Shown here: piece after piece, positions 21,400 through 31,641 of the stretch | How positions within the stretch are numbered: the first letter of the stretch is position 1 | Layout of the letters: each line of letters starts with the position of its first letter | Assembly: GCA_963813345.1 (NCBI GenBank) | Contig: CAWEYR010000010.1 | Coordinates: forward strand, 70,592-134,591 | Direction of reading: 5' to 3' | DNA: 64,000 bases | DNA from: an uncultured Acidobacteriota bacterium | GTDB taxonomy: Bacteria; Acidobacteriota; Blastocatellia; RBC074 | Translations under genes and position numbers: made by a program | Notes under the pieces: model-generated | Databases searched by the model: none | What the model was told of the DNA's origin: nothing | Seen by the model: only the letters and a program-made list of their open reading frames with translations

Positions 21400-22473
21400 T
21401 ATTCGCTCTCACCGGGCGGCTTCGGTGGCGCCACAGGCTGCTGCTGAGGCTGTGGCTGTTGCTGCTGCTGTTGAACCTGAGGTGGGCGGCGGCGCGGCTG
21501 TCTGGGTACAGGTTTTGCGCTCGCGATCTCGATGTATGTCTTGATAATCCGCTCCCGCTCTGCAGGATCAACGATGAGATAGCGGTGTTTGCCCTCTGGT
21601 GACGCTGCGAACTTTGTGCGGCCATCATCTAGCACGCTGATGGTACCGCGGTTCCGATAACTTGAAATAACCCGCCTTAGACCGTACAGCATAGAGTACA
21701 GCGGCCATCGCCAGCGTCGGCGCATCATAGGGCATTGACTTGTAGGCGCGGTAAGCGTCAACGACAGGATGCGCTGGCGTCCACGCGAAATCCTTTTCAA
21801 TGCTTGCTCCTGGGAAAAGAAGTGACGAACCGACCTCATCGCCTGCAGCAATCACGGGAGTCGGCCATTCCAGGAAGAGCTTCCTCGCAGCCGGAATGTC
21901 GGTCGTGGCATTGAACTGCGGCGGGCCGCCTGGGTACGCGCCACAGGCAATCGAAAGAAACTGCACCTTGCGGGAGATGATATCTTTTGCGCCGTGGACA
22001 TCAAGCAGGCTCGCCAGATTGCTCGCAGGCCCGGTCAACACAACAATGCAACTTTGATCGGGCTGCTGCGCGATCGCGTTTCGGATCAGCGCTCTCACTT
22101 CGGCAGTGTCGGTGAGCTTTTCGATTCCGTGTGAGTAGACTGGCTTACCCTCCTCGTTACGTCTTGCCAGCGGCACCGTCAGCATCGGAGTGTCTTCGGG
22201 CAGCTTGCCGTTTTCGGCAAGACCCACGGGCAGTGTCCGTCCGACTGCTCCGAAGGCGCCGCTTGAGGCTCCTCCATAGAATCTACCAATGGCCTCGCAA
22301 AATGCCGCGGATTTGAGGTTGGGTTTGCTTACGCTGAGCGAGACGACGCGGGCTTCGCGCTTTCCTTCAAACCCGTAGAGCAAAGCCAGAGCAAGCGCCT
22401 CATCAACGCTCGAACCGAGCCCCGAATCGAAGATGATTCCTACCGGTTGTGTCTCTTGTGCCTGATCCTGCAT
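21399..22473 (-). CDS. Nucleoside hydrolase (IUNH-like) family protein with Q/P-rich tail; frameshift near 21650
   Basis: IIFDSGLGSSVDEALALA, VLTGPASNL, QFNATTD, EWPTPV. Confidence 0.75.
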
Positions 22474-22484
22474 TTAAAGACCGC

Positions 22485-22597
22485 TTGGAGTTCAAGCTTT
22501 AGCTTGTGGTCGGCCCTGAATACGAAAAGTCCGCCAAGAACAATGCATCCTCTTTGAGGGTAACAATGCAACCACAAGCTAAAGCTTGAACTCAAAC
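22485..22597. repeat. Family A REPIN with a long spacer
   Basis: GGAGTTCAAGCTTTAGCTTGTGGT ... ACCACAAGCTAAAGCTTGAACTC. Confidence 0.85.
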
Positions 22598-22634
22598 CTC
22601 GTTGGCAAAACTGTCCGGGTTTGAACTCTGAACC

Positions 22635-23978
22635 TTAACTTAATGTCAGCCCATCCAGCCGCCCGGTCGCATCGCCAAAATTGTCGGTGCGAACTCCCAT
22701 GCGATCCATCATAGTCAAAAAGAGGTTCGCGAGCGGCGTCTCGCGCCGGTAGACTATGCGCTGGCCTGTCTTGAAACTCTTTCCACCGCGTCCGGCGATA
22801 AGTGTCGGCAGGTCTTCGTGAGTGTGCCGGTTGCCATCAGAGAGTCCAGCGCCGTAGACAATCATCGAGTTGTCGAGCATGGTCGCATCACCCTCCCTGA
22901 TCGCTTTCAATCGTGTAATCCACTTTACAAACTGTTCGGTGTGATATGTGTTTATCTGCGCGACTTTCTCCATTGTCGGTGGATCATTGCGGTGATGCGT
23001 CAGCGGATGATGGCCGTCCGGAATTCCGAGTTCGCGGTAGGCACGCGACGTTCCTTCTCGGGTGACAATGAAAGTTACAACGCGCGTCATGTCAGCCTGA
23101 AACGCTACCGTGATCATGTCGGTCATCAACTTGAAGTGTTCGGCGAAATCGGCCGGAATGCCGTACGGCTTCTCCATACCGGGATTGATTTCGGTCTTAT
23201 CATTTTCGGCCTTGTCAAGCTGGCGCTCGATCTCACGAATCGAACTCAGATACTCATCGAGCTTGCGTTTGTCCGTGGGACCCAACGTCGATTGCAGTCT
23301 CGTCGTATCGGCGATCACCACGTCCATCACGCTTCTACGGATTCTGCTTTGTTGCGCGCGAGCCTCAGGGGTAAGCGCGGCGCTTTGACCGAACAATCGC
23401 TCGAATAGCTGTCGCGGATTGAGAATTGGAGGCAGTGGCTGCGTTTCGCTCTTCCATGCAAGATTGTTCGTATACGCACACGAATATCCGGAATCGCAGT
23501 CGCCAGCCTGCCGGGCGTCCTCGATTCCTACCTCAAGGGAAGGGAATCTCATTTTGCTGCCGGTCTGACTTGCCACGATCTGATCGCAGGAGACACCTGA
23601 CAGAATGTCAGACTTGCTCTTACGGACGTGAACGCTTGTCAGATAGGAACCGCAACACCTGCCGTGATCGCCAGGCCCGTCCTGCCATGCGCGGCCGGCG
23701 TTGTTCGTCAGGTTGCTGAGCAGCAGAATGTCATCCTTCAATGGTTCAAGCGGCTTCAGTACCCTCGGCAACTCCTGCAGCTTCCCTTCATACGCCGGAT
23801 TCCAATGCTCCATCATTATTCCGTTGGGAACATAGACGAACATCATCCGGACGGGCGTCTCGCCGGGAATCCGGCTGGAAGCAAACGCCGGCGTCATCGC
23901 ATCGAGCAATGGAAGTGCAACGGCAGTTCCCATCCCTTTGAGTACCGTTCTACGGGAGAGTGCCTTGCGTGTAATCAT
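22635..23978 (-). CDS. DUF1552 (HXXSHH) Tat-exported protein
   Basis: SRRTVLKG Tat signal, YVPNG, CDSGYSCAY, HHPLTHH, SDGNRH. Confidence 0.9.
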   Translation of the reverse strand: MITRKALSRRTVLKGMGTAVALPLLDAMTPAFASSRIPGETPVRMMFVYVPNGIMMEHWNPAYEGKLQELPRVLKPLEPLKDDILLLSNLTNNAGRAWQDGPGDHGRCCGSYLTSVHVRKSKSDILSGVSCDQIVASQTGSKMRFPSLEVGIEDARQAGDCDSGYSCAYTNNLAWKSETQPLPPILNPRQLFERLFGQSAALTPEARAQQSRIRRSVMDVVIADTTRLQSTLGPTDKRKLDEYLSSIREIERQLDKAENDKTEINPGMEKPYGIPADFAEHFKLMTDMITVAFQADMTRVVTFIVTREGTSRAYRELGIPDGHHPLTHHRNDPPTMEKVAQINTYHTEQFVKWITRLKAIREGDATMLDNSMIVYGAGLSDGNRHTHEDLPTLIAGRGGKSFKTGQRIVYRRETPLANLFLTMMDRMGVRTDNFGDATGRLDGLTLS

Positions 23979-26341
23979 CGATGAGTTACCTCCTTCGGTT
24001 TCATGACGCCAGTTCCCGAAATCGCCTCACCGCGCCTGGACTGAAAAGGCAGGCTCTCGGCAATCTCGTAAATCAGTGTCTGAAACTGGTAGCCGGAAGC
24101 CGCCAGCTCTCTGTTGATCTCATTGATTGTTCTTCTATCGTAGCGCTCGACGCCGCGGCCGAGGGCATAGGTCAACATCTTTTCCGTCAGACAACGGACG
24201 AACTCGGGGAGTTCACCCTTGAGCAGGACGCGCATTTCCGCCGGGCTTTGGAATGACTTCCCGTTTGGAAACGTCCCGCTCGAATCAATCGGAAATTTGC
24301 CGTCGACTGTCCGCCATCGCCCGATTGCATCATAGTTCTCGAGACCGAAACCGAGAACATCCATCCGATAGTGACACGCGGCGCAGGTCGCATTCGAACG
24401 ATGCTTCTCGAGTTGCTGCCTCAGTGAGCCCGAATTGCCTACCGATTCCTCATCAATCACCGGCACGTCAGGCGGAGGAGGGGGCGGAGGCGCGCCGAGA
24501 ATATTCTGGAGCAAATACTTTCCGCGAATCACAGGCGAGGTGCGTGTCGGATAACTCGAGACGGTGAGCACGCTCGCTTGCGCAAGAATCCCGCCACGCT
24601 GATCGGTCTTCAATTCAACGCGACGGAACTCGGGACCTTTGACGCCTTCGATACCGTAATGTTTCGCCAGCAGCTCATTCAGGAACGTAAACTTCGCATC
24701 GAGAAAATCAGAGAGCGGGCGATTCTCGCGGAGCATGGCTTCGAAAAAAAGGCGCGTTTCTGTCTTCATTGCCTCACGCAACTCCGGGCTCCACGCGGGA
24801 AACTTCTGAGGATCCGGTTTGACAACATCCAGGTTGCGCGTCTCGAGCCATTGACCGGCAAAATTGTCCGCAAGTGCCGCCGTCTTGTCGTCGGAAAGCA
24901 TTCGTTTGATCTGCGCCGCGAGCGTGTCGGGTGAGCGCAGCTTGCCGGCTTCTGCCAGGGTCAACAACTCATCATCCGGCATCGAGCTCCAGAGAAAGTA
25001 GCTCAACCTCGATGCAAGCTCGATGTCACTTATCTGATGTATCTTTGTCGCGTCGTTCGGGTCCGGATCGCGCTCGATGCGGAAGAGGAAATGAGGCGAA
25101 ACAAGCATCGCCTGGATGGCGACCTGCACTCCCTGTTCGGCGCTCAACCCATCGCTCCCTCCGCCCTTTGAGACACTCGCGAGCTTCACAAGTGCTGCAA
25201 TCTCACTCTTTGTGACAGGGCGGCGGTAAGCGCGCCTGGCAAGTGAGGCGACGATCTTTTCAACGCATGCCCTGCCAGTGCCCGGGTCGCAAACCAGGAG
25301 CTTCTTGCGGCTGGGTTTGACCTGAGATGATTGGAACGGTCCGACAAAGATCATCGAGCCGATAAATTTGTTCGTCTTGCGGTTGTAAGCGTCCTTCTCC
25401 GAAAGACCCTTAACGAAATCGTCATTGATAAAAGCGACGCGAAAAGTATGGTCACCTTCCGGAAGATAAAGCCGCATCTCTTCCTCGGAATACGGATCGA
25501 AGTAAACGAGCTTTGATGGTTTGGTTTCCACGGGCATCGTGTGCAGCAGCTTGCCATCCATCCAGAAGCCCATCGTTACAGGTTTCGCATCGGCGGCTCG
25601 CTCGCCCGGAAGGCCGAAGCGAATGATGTATTCTCCGTCCCAATCGATGCGATGTGTCGCCTCGATCGTGCTCACATCCGGCTGCCTGATGTTTGCATCC
25701 TTTCGGCTGTACTCGACCTCGAGCGGCTTTTTGGGAAGCGGATCCGCTCCGATCGCCCTTGCCGCGATCCGCTCTGCCGCAGTCATGTACTTCTCCATCA
25801 GTACGGGTGAGATCGTCAGGACGTCTGCGATGTTATCAAAGCCGTCGCCCGAGTCATCAACAGGGAACTCGTCAGTTGCTCGGAAATCGATTCCCAGAAG
25901 GTCGCGAACAGTGTTCGCATACTCAACGCGGTTTAGCCTGCGTGCGGTAACACGTCCTGGGTCGGGCCTGGCCTGGAGGTCTGCCTGCTCAAAGAAAACT
26001 TCGAGCCAGCGGACCACTTTTTGCAGTTCCTCCTGTGACGGGCGTGGAATGCCCTTCGGAGGCATCTCGCCGGTGCGGATCTTGAGTAACAGGAGTTCCC
26101 ATTTCTCGCGGTTCTGCATGACAGATGCCGCTGTCTGAAATGCCTCAAGGTTCAGATTGCCCGACTTGAGCTCAGCGCTGTGGCACATGTAACAATTCGC
26201 CGCGAGGAACGGCTTTATTGTTTGTTGAAAGCTCGATTCAGATGAAGCCTCCTGCGCCTGCCTGGCGGGTAAGAAACCGGCAGCACCTACGATCGTGAAG
26301 AGCAGTATGATCACCGAGCGGAGCAGTCTTGTTTTCACCAT
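23975..26341 (-). CDS. DUF1592/DUF1588/DUF1587 domain protein with two c-type heme motifs
   Basis: CYMCH and CAACH, RRLNRVEY, ELASRLSYFLWSSMPD, TSPVIRG. Confidence 0.9.
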   Translation of the reverse strand: MVKTRLLRSVIILLFTIVGAAGFLPARQAQEASSESSFQQTIKPFLAANCYMCHSAELKSGNLNLEAFQTAASVMQNREKWELLLLKIRTGEMPPKGIPRPSQEELQKVVRWLEVFFEQADLQARPDPGRVTARRLNRVEYANTVRDLLGIDFRATDEFPVDDSGDGFDNIADVLTISPVLMEKYMTAAERIAARAIGADPLPKKPLEVEYSRKDANIRQPDVSTIEATHRIDWDGEYIIRFGLPGERAADAKPVTMGFWMDGKLLHTMPVETKPSKLVYFDPYSEEEMRLYLPEGDHTFRVAFINDDFVKGLSEKDAYNRKTNKFIGSMIFVGPFQSSQVKPSRKKLLVCDPGTGRACVEKIVASLARRAYRRPVTKSEIAALVKLASVSKGGGSDGLSAEQGVQVAIQAMLVSPHFLFRIERDPDPNDATKIHQISDIELASRLSYFLWSSMPDDELLTLAEAGKLRSPDTLAAQIKRMLSDDKTAALADNFAGQWLETRNLDVVKPDPQKFPAWSPELREAMKTETRLFFEAMLRENRPLSDFLDAKFTFLNELLAKHYGIEGVKGPEFRRVELKTDQRGGILAQASVLTVSSYPTRTSPVIRGKYLLQNILGAPPPPPPPDVPVIDEESVGNSGSLRQQLEKHRSNATCAACHYRMDVLGFGLENYDAIGRWRTVDGKFPIDSSGTFPNGKSFQSPAEMRVLLKGELPEFVRCLTEKMLTYALGRGVERYDRRTINEINRELAASGYQFQTLIYEIAESLPFQSRRGEAISGTGVMKPKEVTHR

Positions 26342-26358
26342 TTGTGATGGTCCGTAGT

Positions 26359-26396
26359 GAACTCAACCCGACTAAGTGTGAGTTCAAGCTTTACGT
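26359..26396. repeat. Degenerate family A REP; right boundary of the inner cassette
   Basis: ACTAAGTGTGAGTTCAAGCTT (26371-26391), 20/21 identical to 21345-21365. Confidence 0.75.
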
Positions 26397-26567
26397 GCTT
26401 TTGCCGGTCGAAGCCCGGCGTTTTCCGGACGATACTAGTATCTCGCAATATGGACCAGAGTTAAATCAATTAGCGTTTGAAATCGAAGGCGTTGTTACGT
26501 ACCCCGTCAGGCGATGGCATGCCACCATCTGGCATCAACCCTTCGATCGTGCCGGGCCGAGCCGGCA

Positions 26568-29219
26568 TCAGCCGAAATCCCGCAGGAAAGCTTCCCACTG
26601 TTTCTTCATCTTCTCCATGAAAGCCCGAAACTGAGGATCGCTCCTCAGGCTGTTCAACGCCGGTTCCGTGTTGAATAACGGGTAAGTGGGCATCCCGTGT
26701 TCAGCGGTGTTTTCCAGCCATTCCATCGCCTGTTGTTTCCTGCCCATCAAGGCATAAGCGCAGGCGATGCTGAATTCAGCATGATGGAAATGCGATTTGC
26801 CTTGCCCGCCCTCAATCGCTAAGCGGATTTGCTCCTCCGCTTCCCGTCGCCTGCCCGCGTCCGCGAGTAGAACCGCGTAGGCGCCGTGAAGATCGTAACG
26901 GTTACCTCTGGATTCTCGGCTGAATTCTTTTTCCACCAGGGCAAATGCCTCATCCTTCCGGCCAAGATGCCAAAGCGTCAGTCCCATCTCCCAGGCAAAA
27001 CCGGGATTGTTTGCCTTCTGGAACTCAGCCAGCGCCAATTCATATTTTTGCTGGAACCAGTAAATGCGCGCTATGCGCGGTGGCGCGCCGGGATCATTTG
27101 GTTCCAGTCTCAAGGTAGTTTGTAGTTCAGCCATCGCCTGATCGAGCAGGCCAAGGTGAACAAGCAAGGCACCCAAAACGCGATGTGCGATCGCGAGGTT
27201 AGGGTCAATTTCCAGGGCCCGCCGAAAGTCTTTGATTGCCCGGTCATTAGGAAAACCATTAGGAAGAGTCCAGGTCAGATTGCCACGTATGACATAGGCT
27301 CTTGCTAAATTCGGATCGAGGTTGAGCGCTTTTTGCAGGGCGACATAGATCTCTCCTCATACTTCTTGTCCGACTGATTGAAGAAGAGAATGGCAGATGC
27401 GGATGCTATGCCAGCATGCGCCAGCGCATAGGACGGATCGAGCGTCGTGGCGCGATCGAACATTGCTATAGCCTTCTCCATATTCTCTTTCCCACCCTCG
27501 TTAGCCAGATAATAGCTGCCTCGTAAGTAATAATCGTATGCCTCCGCGTTCTTCGTGGGCGGGCTGGCGAGTTGTTTTTCTTCGCCGGCAGTCAGAGTTA
27601 CGTTGAGAGCTTTGACCACGTTAGATGAAATATCGTCCTGCAATTCGAAAGCATGTCTTCATCTCTCGATCCAGGGTTTTGGCCCAGAGCGATGCACCGT
27701 CTGGCACCCTGAGCAAATTCAGGCTGACTCGCAGGTGGTCACCTACGCGTTGCACCGAACCATCGAGCACCGCGTCAACCTGCAGCTCACGGCCAACCTC
27801 CAACGGATCAACTTTCTGATTATGGTAGCCGTGGACGGCGCTGATAGGGCGCACAACGAGTGTCTTCATCTGGCTCGTCCGTGTGATGATGGCGTCAGCG
27901 ATGCCCAGCCCCAGATAATCATCACCCGTCTCACGGTTGAGTGATTTGAACGGCAGCACGGCCAGCGACCTGACTTCGGTCACCGCTTGTTGATTCGTCG
28001 TTTGTTTAGGGCGGGAGAGCACGAAGATGAGCACTGCTACCGCCAATACCGCAAGGGTCGCAATGATTAAGAAGGGACGTGCCCGGCGCCTTCCGCTCAG
28101 CTCCCGGCTCTTCACCGCCGTAACGGCCGCTGGTGACTGCAGATCTCGCTCGAGGTCTCTCAAGTCGGTACACAATTGTGCCGCCGATTGGTAACGTTCC
28201 TCTCGATCCTTCGCCAGACACTTGCTTACGATCCGTTCCAGTGCAGCTGGTGTTTCAGCTCGATGCTTCCTTAACGGCGGTGGCTCGGCGATCAGTAGAG
28301 CAGCCATCTCGTCGCTCATTGTCGCGCCTGCAAACGGCCTGCACCCCGCGATCATCTCGTAGAGCATCACTCCCAGACTGAAGATGTCTGTCCGGTGATC
28401 CACCTTCTGCCCGCGAGCCTGCTCCGGCGACATATAACTCACTGTTCCCATCACTACGCCGGACTCCGTGCTCAGCGGCGCTGGCGCTGCTGTTTGTGAA
28501 TCAGCCACCACCGTTGACGCAGGCTGCTCCGTGAGCTTGGCCAGGCCGAAGTCGAGGATTTTGACCAGTCCGTCGGGCCGCACCATTACGTTCTCCGGCT
28601 TGATGTCACGGTGGATGATCCCGGCCTCGTGCGCTAAGCTCAACGCGCCTGCAATCTGAATGGCTATCCCCGTCGCATGGCTAACGGCCAGCCCCCCACG
28701 CTTGATGATCGCTCGCAGCGTCTCGCCTTCGACAAACTCGCTGACGATGTAGTGCGCGCCGCCATCTTCGCCGATCTCATGAATGGTGAGGATGTTCGGG
28801 TGATTTAGTGCTGAGGCCGCCTTTGCTTCGCGTTCAAAACGACGAAGCCGGTCGGGGTTTTTGGTGAAGACTGCGGGCAGCACTTTGAGCGCGACCTTAC
28901 GCTCGAGCTTCGTATCTTCGGCCAGGAAGACTTCTCCCATTCCACCCCGGCCGAGCTGGCTGACGATCACATAAGGCCCGATTCGGCGCCCCGCTTGAAA
29001 TTCATTGCTTTCTTCTGTTGGCCCGGCAGTCTCCGCAAAGACTGGCGAATCAATGAAGCTGCCCTCCCGCTCGTGCGCGACGAGCAATCGCTCGGCTTCC
29101 GCGCGCAACTGCTCATCGTCGCCGCACACCTTCGCCAGATGGGCTGCACGCGCCTCTCCCTGAAGCTCCAGCGCCTCGTGGAACAGAACGTCCAGTTTTT
29201 TCCAGCGTTCCGGTGTCAT
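26568..29219 (-). CDS. Hanks-type Ser/Thr kinase with TM helix, TolB_N-like domain and TPRs; frameshifts near 27650 and 27350
   Basis: [26 protein letters not shown]; [21 protein letters not shown]; SLAVLPF; TPR segments. Confidence 0.9.
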
Positions 29220-29221
29220 CG

Positions 29222-29785
29222 CTATTCATTACTGATTTCGCTGCGCAGGAAGGCGCGAGCCAGACTCCAATCGCGCTTGACCGTGGCCGGCGATATCTTC
29301 ATCGCTTCCGCCGTCTCCTCAATGGTCAACCCGCCGAAATAGCGCAACTCCACGATCCGCGACTTCTGTGCGTCCATCGCTTCCAACCGCCGGAGCGCGT
29401 CATCGAGCGCGAGCAGGTTGACATCGCGGTCTTCGGCCTGCCGATCGGCTTTGCTGAGCGACAGCAGATATTCACCCCCGCCTCGTTTGGCCGCCTGCCG
29501 GCTGCGCGCGTGTTCGACCAGGATGTGTCGCATCCGCACCGCCGCGATGCCGAAGAAGTGCGCCCGGTTCTGCCAATCTACATCCTTTTCATCCACCAGC
29601 CGCAGATAGGCCTGATGAACCAGGTCGGAAGGTTGCAGGGTGTGGCCGGGTCGCTCCTGGCGCAGGTAGTACCTGGCCAAACGCCTCAGCTCGCTGTAGA
29701 CCCGTGACGCCAATTCATCGAGCGCGGCCTGATCGCCGTTGCGCCACTTGACCAACAGTTTAGTAATCGTGGCCTGGGGTGTCAT
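29222..29785 (-). CDS. ECF sigma factor, TIGR02999 (kinase-associated) type
   Basis: ITKLL..W..GD, HTLQPSDLVH, WQNRAHFF, ELRYFGGL, TVKRDW. Confidence 0.92.
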   Translation of the reverse strand: MTPQATITKLLVKWRNGDQAALDELASRVYSELRRLARYYLRQERPGHTLQPSDLVHQAYLRLVDEKDVDWQNRAHFFGIAAVRMRHILVEHARSRQAAKRGGGEYLLSLSKADRQAEDRDVNLLALDDALRRLEAMDAQKSRIVELRYFGGLTIEETAEAMKISPATVKRDWSLARAFLRSEISNE

Positions 29786-29978
29786 TGCTCATAGCTCGGC
29801 CGTCACAAGCAAATTCAAAACGACGGCGCTGGTGATTCTCGCGCTTTTCCTGCCAGCAGGATTGATCTTTGACAGCGAACAACCGTGTATTATCAGCGAG
29901 TTGGAGTGGTTCTTTGAGGTACTAACCGACAAAATGCTAAGATCACAGCGCATTTGTATTTCGAAAAGGAATCATACG

Positions 29979-30650
29979 ATGAAAGACAGTGCTGACGCCA
30001 TCATTCGTAGTGAACAGGCTGGTTATCTGAGCGGCCTGCTTCCACCGCGCGATTCCCTGCTCAGCGAAATGGAAGCCTATTCGGCCGAGAATCACGTTCC
30101 CAGCTCCGATCCAGAGGTCGCGCTGTTTCTCGCGATTACGGCCCGGGCGATGAAGGCCCGGCGCGCCCTCGAGGTGGGCACTGCCATTGGTTACGGCGCG
30201 ATTGTTATGGCACGCGCGATGGGTGATGACGGAAAGGTCACGACGATCGATCCGAGCGAAGAGCGAATCGCGACCGCGCGCAATTTTATTGCAAGGGCCC
30301 AGTTGACGTCACAAATCGAGATCGTCAAAGGCAAAGCGCTCGACATCATCCCAAAACTCGACCCGGGCTTCGATCTGGCCTATATCGACGCGGTCAAAGA
30401 GGAGTATACGGATTATCTGAACGTCATCGTTCCGAAGATGAGGATCGGCGGGGTAATCGTTGCCGACAACGTCCTCTGGAAGGGTCAGGTTGCCAGCGGC
30501 AACCTCCGTTCTCCTGACCAGGAGTCGTCCACAAACGCATTGCGTGACTTCAATCAGGTCTTTACAACCCATCCGCAGCTCAATTCAATCATTCTTCCAC
30601 TTGGAGATGGCCTCGCATATGGAATCAAGATCGCAGGCATTGGCAGCTGA
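29979..30650 (+). CDS. O-methyltransferase (caffeoyl-CoA/YrrM family)
   Basis: LEVGTAIGYG, YIDAVK, ADNVLWKG, LPLGDG; AAGGA RBS. Confidence 0.9.
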   Translation: MKDSADAIIRSEQAGYLSGLLPPRDSLLSEMEAYSAENHVPSSDPEVALFLAITARAMKARRALEVGTAIGYGAIVMARAMGDDGKVTTIDPSEERIATARNFIARAQLTSQIEIVKGKALDIIPKLDPGFDLAYIDAVKEEYTDYLNVIVPKMRIGGVIVADNVLWKGQVASGNLRSPDQESSTNALRDFNQVFTTHPQLNSIILPLGDGLAYGIKIAGIGS

Positions 30651-31635
30651 CGCTACCGCCCCTGAGGTGTCGATCGAAGGGATACAGTCGGCGCGCGACG
30701 TGGTCTATCGTCATATCGAGCGCACGCCACTCGGAAGCTATCCCCTTCTCGACGCGGCGCTTGGGACTCGAATTCTCGTGAAGCACGAAAACCATCTGCC
30801 GACAGGCGCGTTCAAGATTCGGGGTGGGCTCAACTTTCTGCATCACTTCAGCACCGCGCGGACTCACGATGGAGTCATCACCGCCACGCGCGGTAATCAC
30901 GGGCAATCGATAGCGCTTGCAGCAAGCCTCTTCAACACTCCATCAACGGTCGTCGTTCCCTTTGGCAATAATCCGGAAAAGAATGAGGCAATGCGCGCTT
31001 ACGGTGCGCGGCTCATCGAGTTCGGCCGTGACTTTGATGAAGCGCGAGAAGAAGCCGAACGCCTGGCCGCAAGCGAGAATCTGCGGAACGTACATCCGGC
31101 CAATGAGCCTGTGCTGATAAACGGGGTAGGAACTTATGCTCTCGAGATCGTCGACTGGCTGAAAGCACGGAACGAAACTCTTGATGCGATTTTTGTTCCG
31201 ATCGGTCTCGGCAGCGGTATCTGCGGAGTGGCTACGGTCTTCAAAGCGCTTTCGCCTGAGACAAGAATCATCGGAGTTCAGGCGGAAGGTGCACCGAGCA
31301 TATTCCTCTCGTGGCAGGCCGGTCACGCGGTTTCGACGCCCGGGGCACATACAATGGCGGATGGAATTGCAACGCGCGTGCCGGCCGAGCTGACCCTGGA
31401 TATCATTCTGAAAAAAGTTGATGAAGTGATGCTGGTCAGCGAAAGCGAGATCATTCGCGCGATCAGGCTGATCTGGCGGACGACACACAACCTGGTCGAA
31501 GGTGCCGCAGCAAGCGCTGTTGCAGCCGCCGTCAAGTCGAAGGAGAAGCTCAAGGGGAAGACGGCAGGCTGCGTGCTGAGCGGCGCCAATCTCGACTCAG
31601 CTACGATCGCTACCGTGTTTTCAAGACTGGATTGA
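30619..31635 (+). CDS. PLP-dependent threonine/serine dehydratase-like protein
   Basis: KHENHLPTGAFKIRG, ATRGNHG, PIGLGSG, LSGAN. Confidence 0.88.
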   Translation: MESRSQALAADATAPEVSIEGIQSARDVVYRHIERTPLGSYPLLDAALGTRILVKHENHLPTGAFKIRGGLNFLHHFSTARTHDGVITATRGNHGQSIALAASLFNTPSTVVVPFGNNPEKNEAMRAYGARLIEFGRDFDEAREEAERLAASENLRNVHPANEPVLINGVGTYALEIVDWLKARNETLDAIFVPIGLGSGICGVATVFKALSPETRIIGVQAEGAPSIFLSWQAGHAVSTPGAHTMADGIATRVPAELTLDIILKKVDEVMLVSESEIIRAIRLIWRTTHNLVEGAAASAVAAAVKSKEKLKGKTAGCVLSGANLDSATIATVFSRLD

Positions 31636-31641
31636 TCCCAA

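Larger units (their letters stand above)
18629..29950. mobile_element. Putative integrase-free genomic island bounded by direct repeats
   Basis: CTAACCGACAAGATGCTAAGTTCAAACCG (18629-18657) vs CTAACCGACAAAATGCTAAGATCACAGCG (29922-29950), 25/29 identical with a 19/20 core. Confidence 0.6.

Noticed and set aside
21262-26622. Duplicated kinase tail as a DGR template/variable repeat pair
   Set aside because: Mismatches are not adenine-specific, only ~53 bp match, and no reverse transcriptase is present
29739-29978. N-terminal extension of the O-methyltransferase ORF (likewise the rhomboid 47240-47425 and DoxX 15516-15701 extensions)
   Set aside because: Better starts lie downstream; the extensions run through promoter, repeat or neighbouring gene sequence
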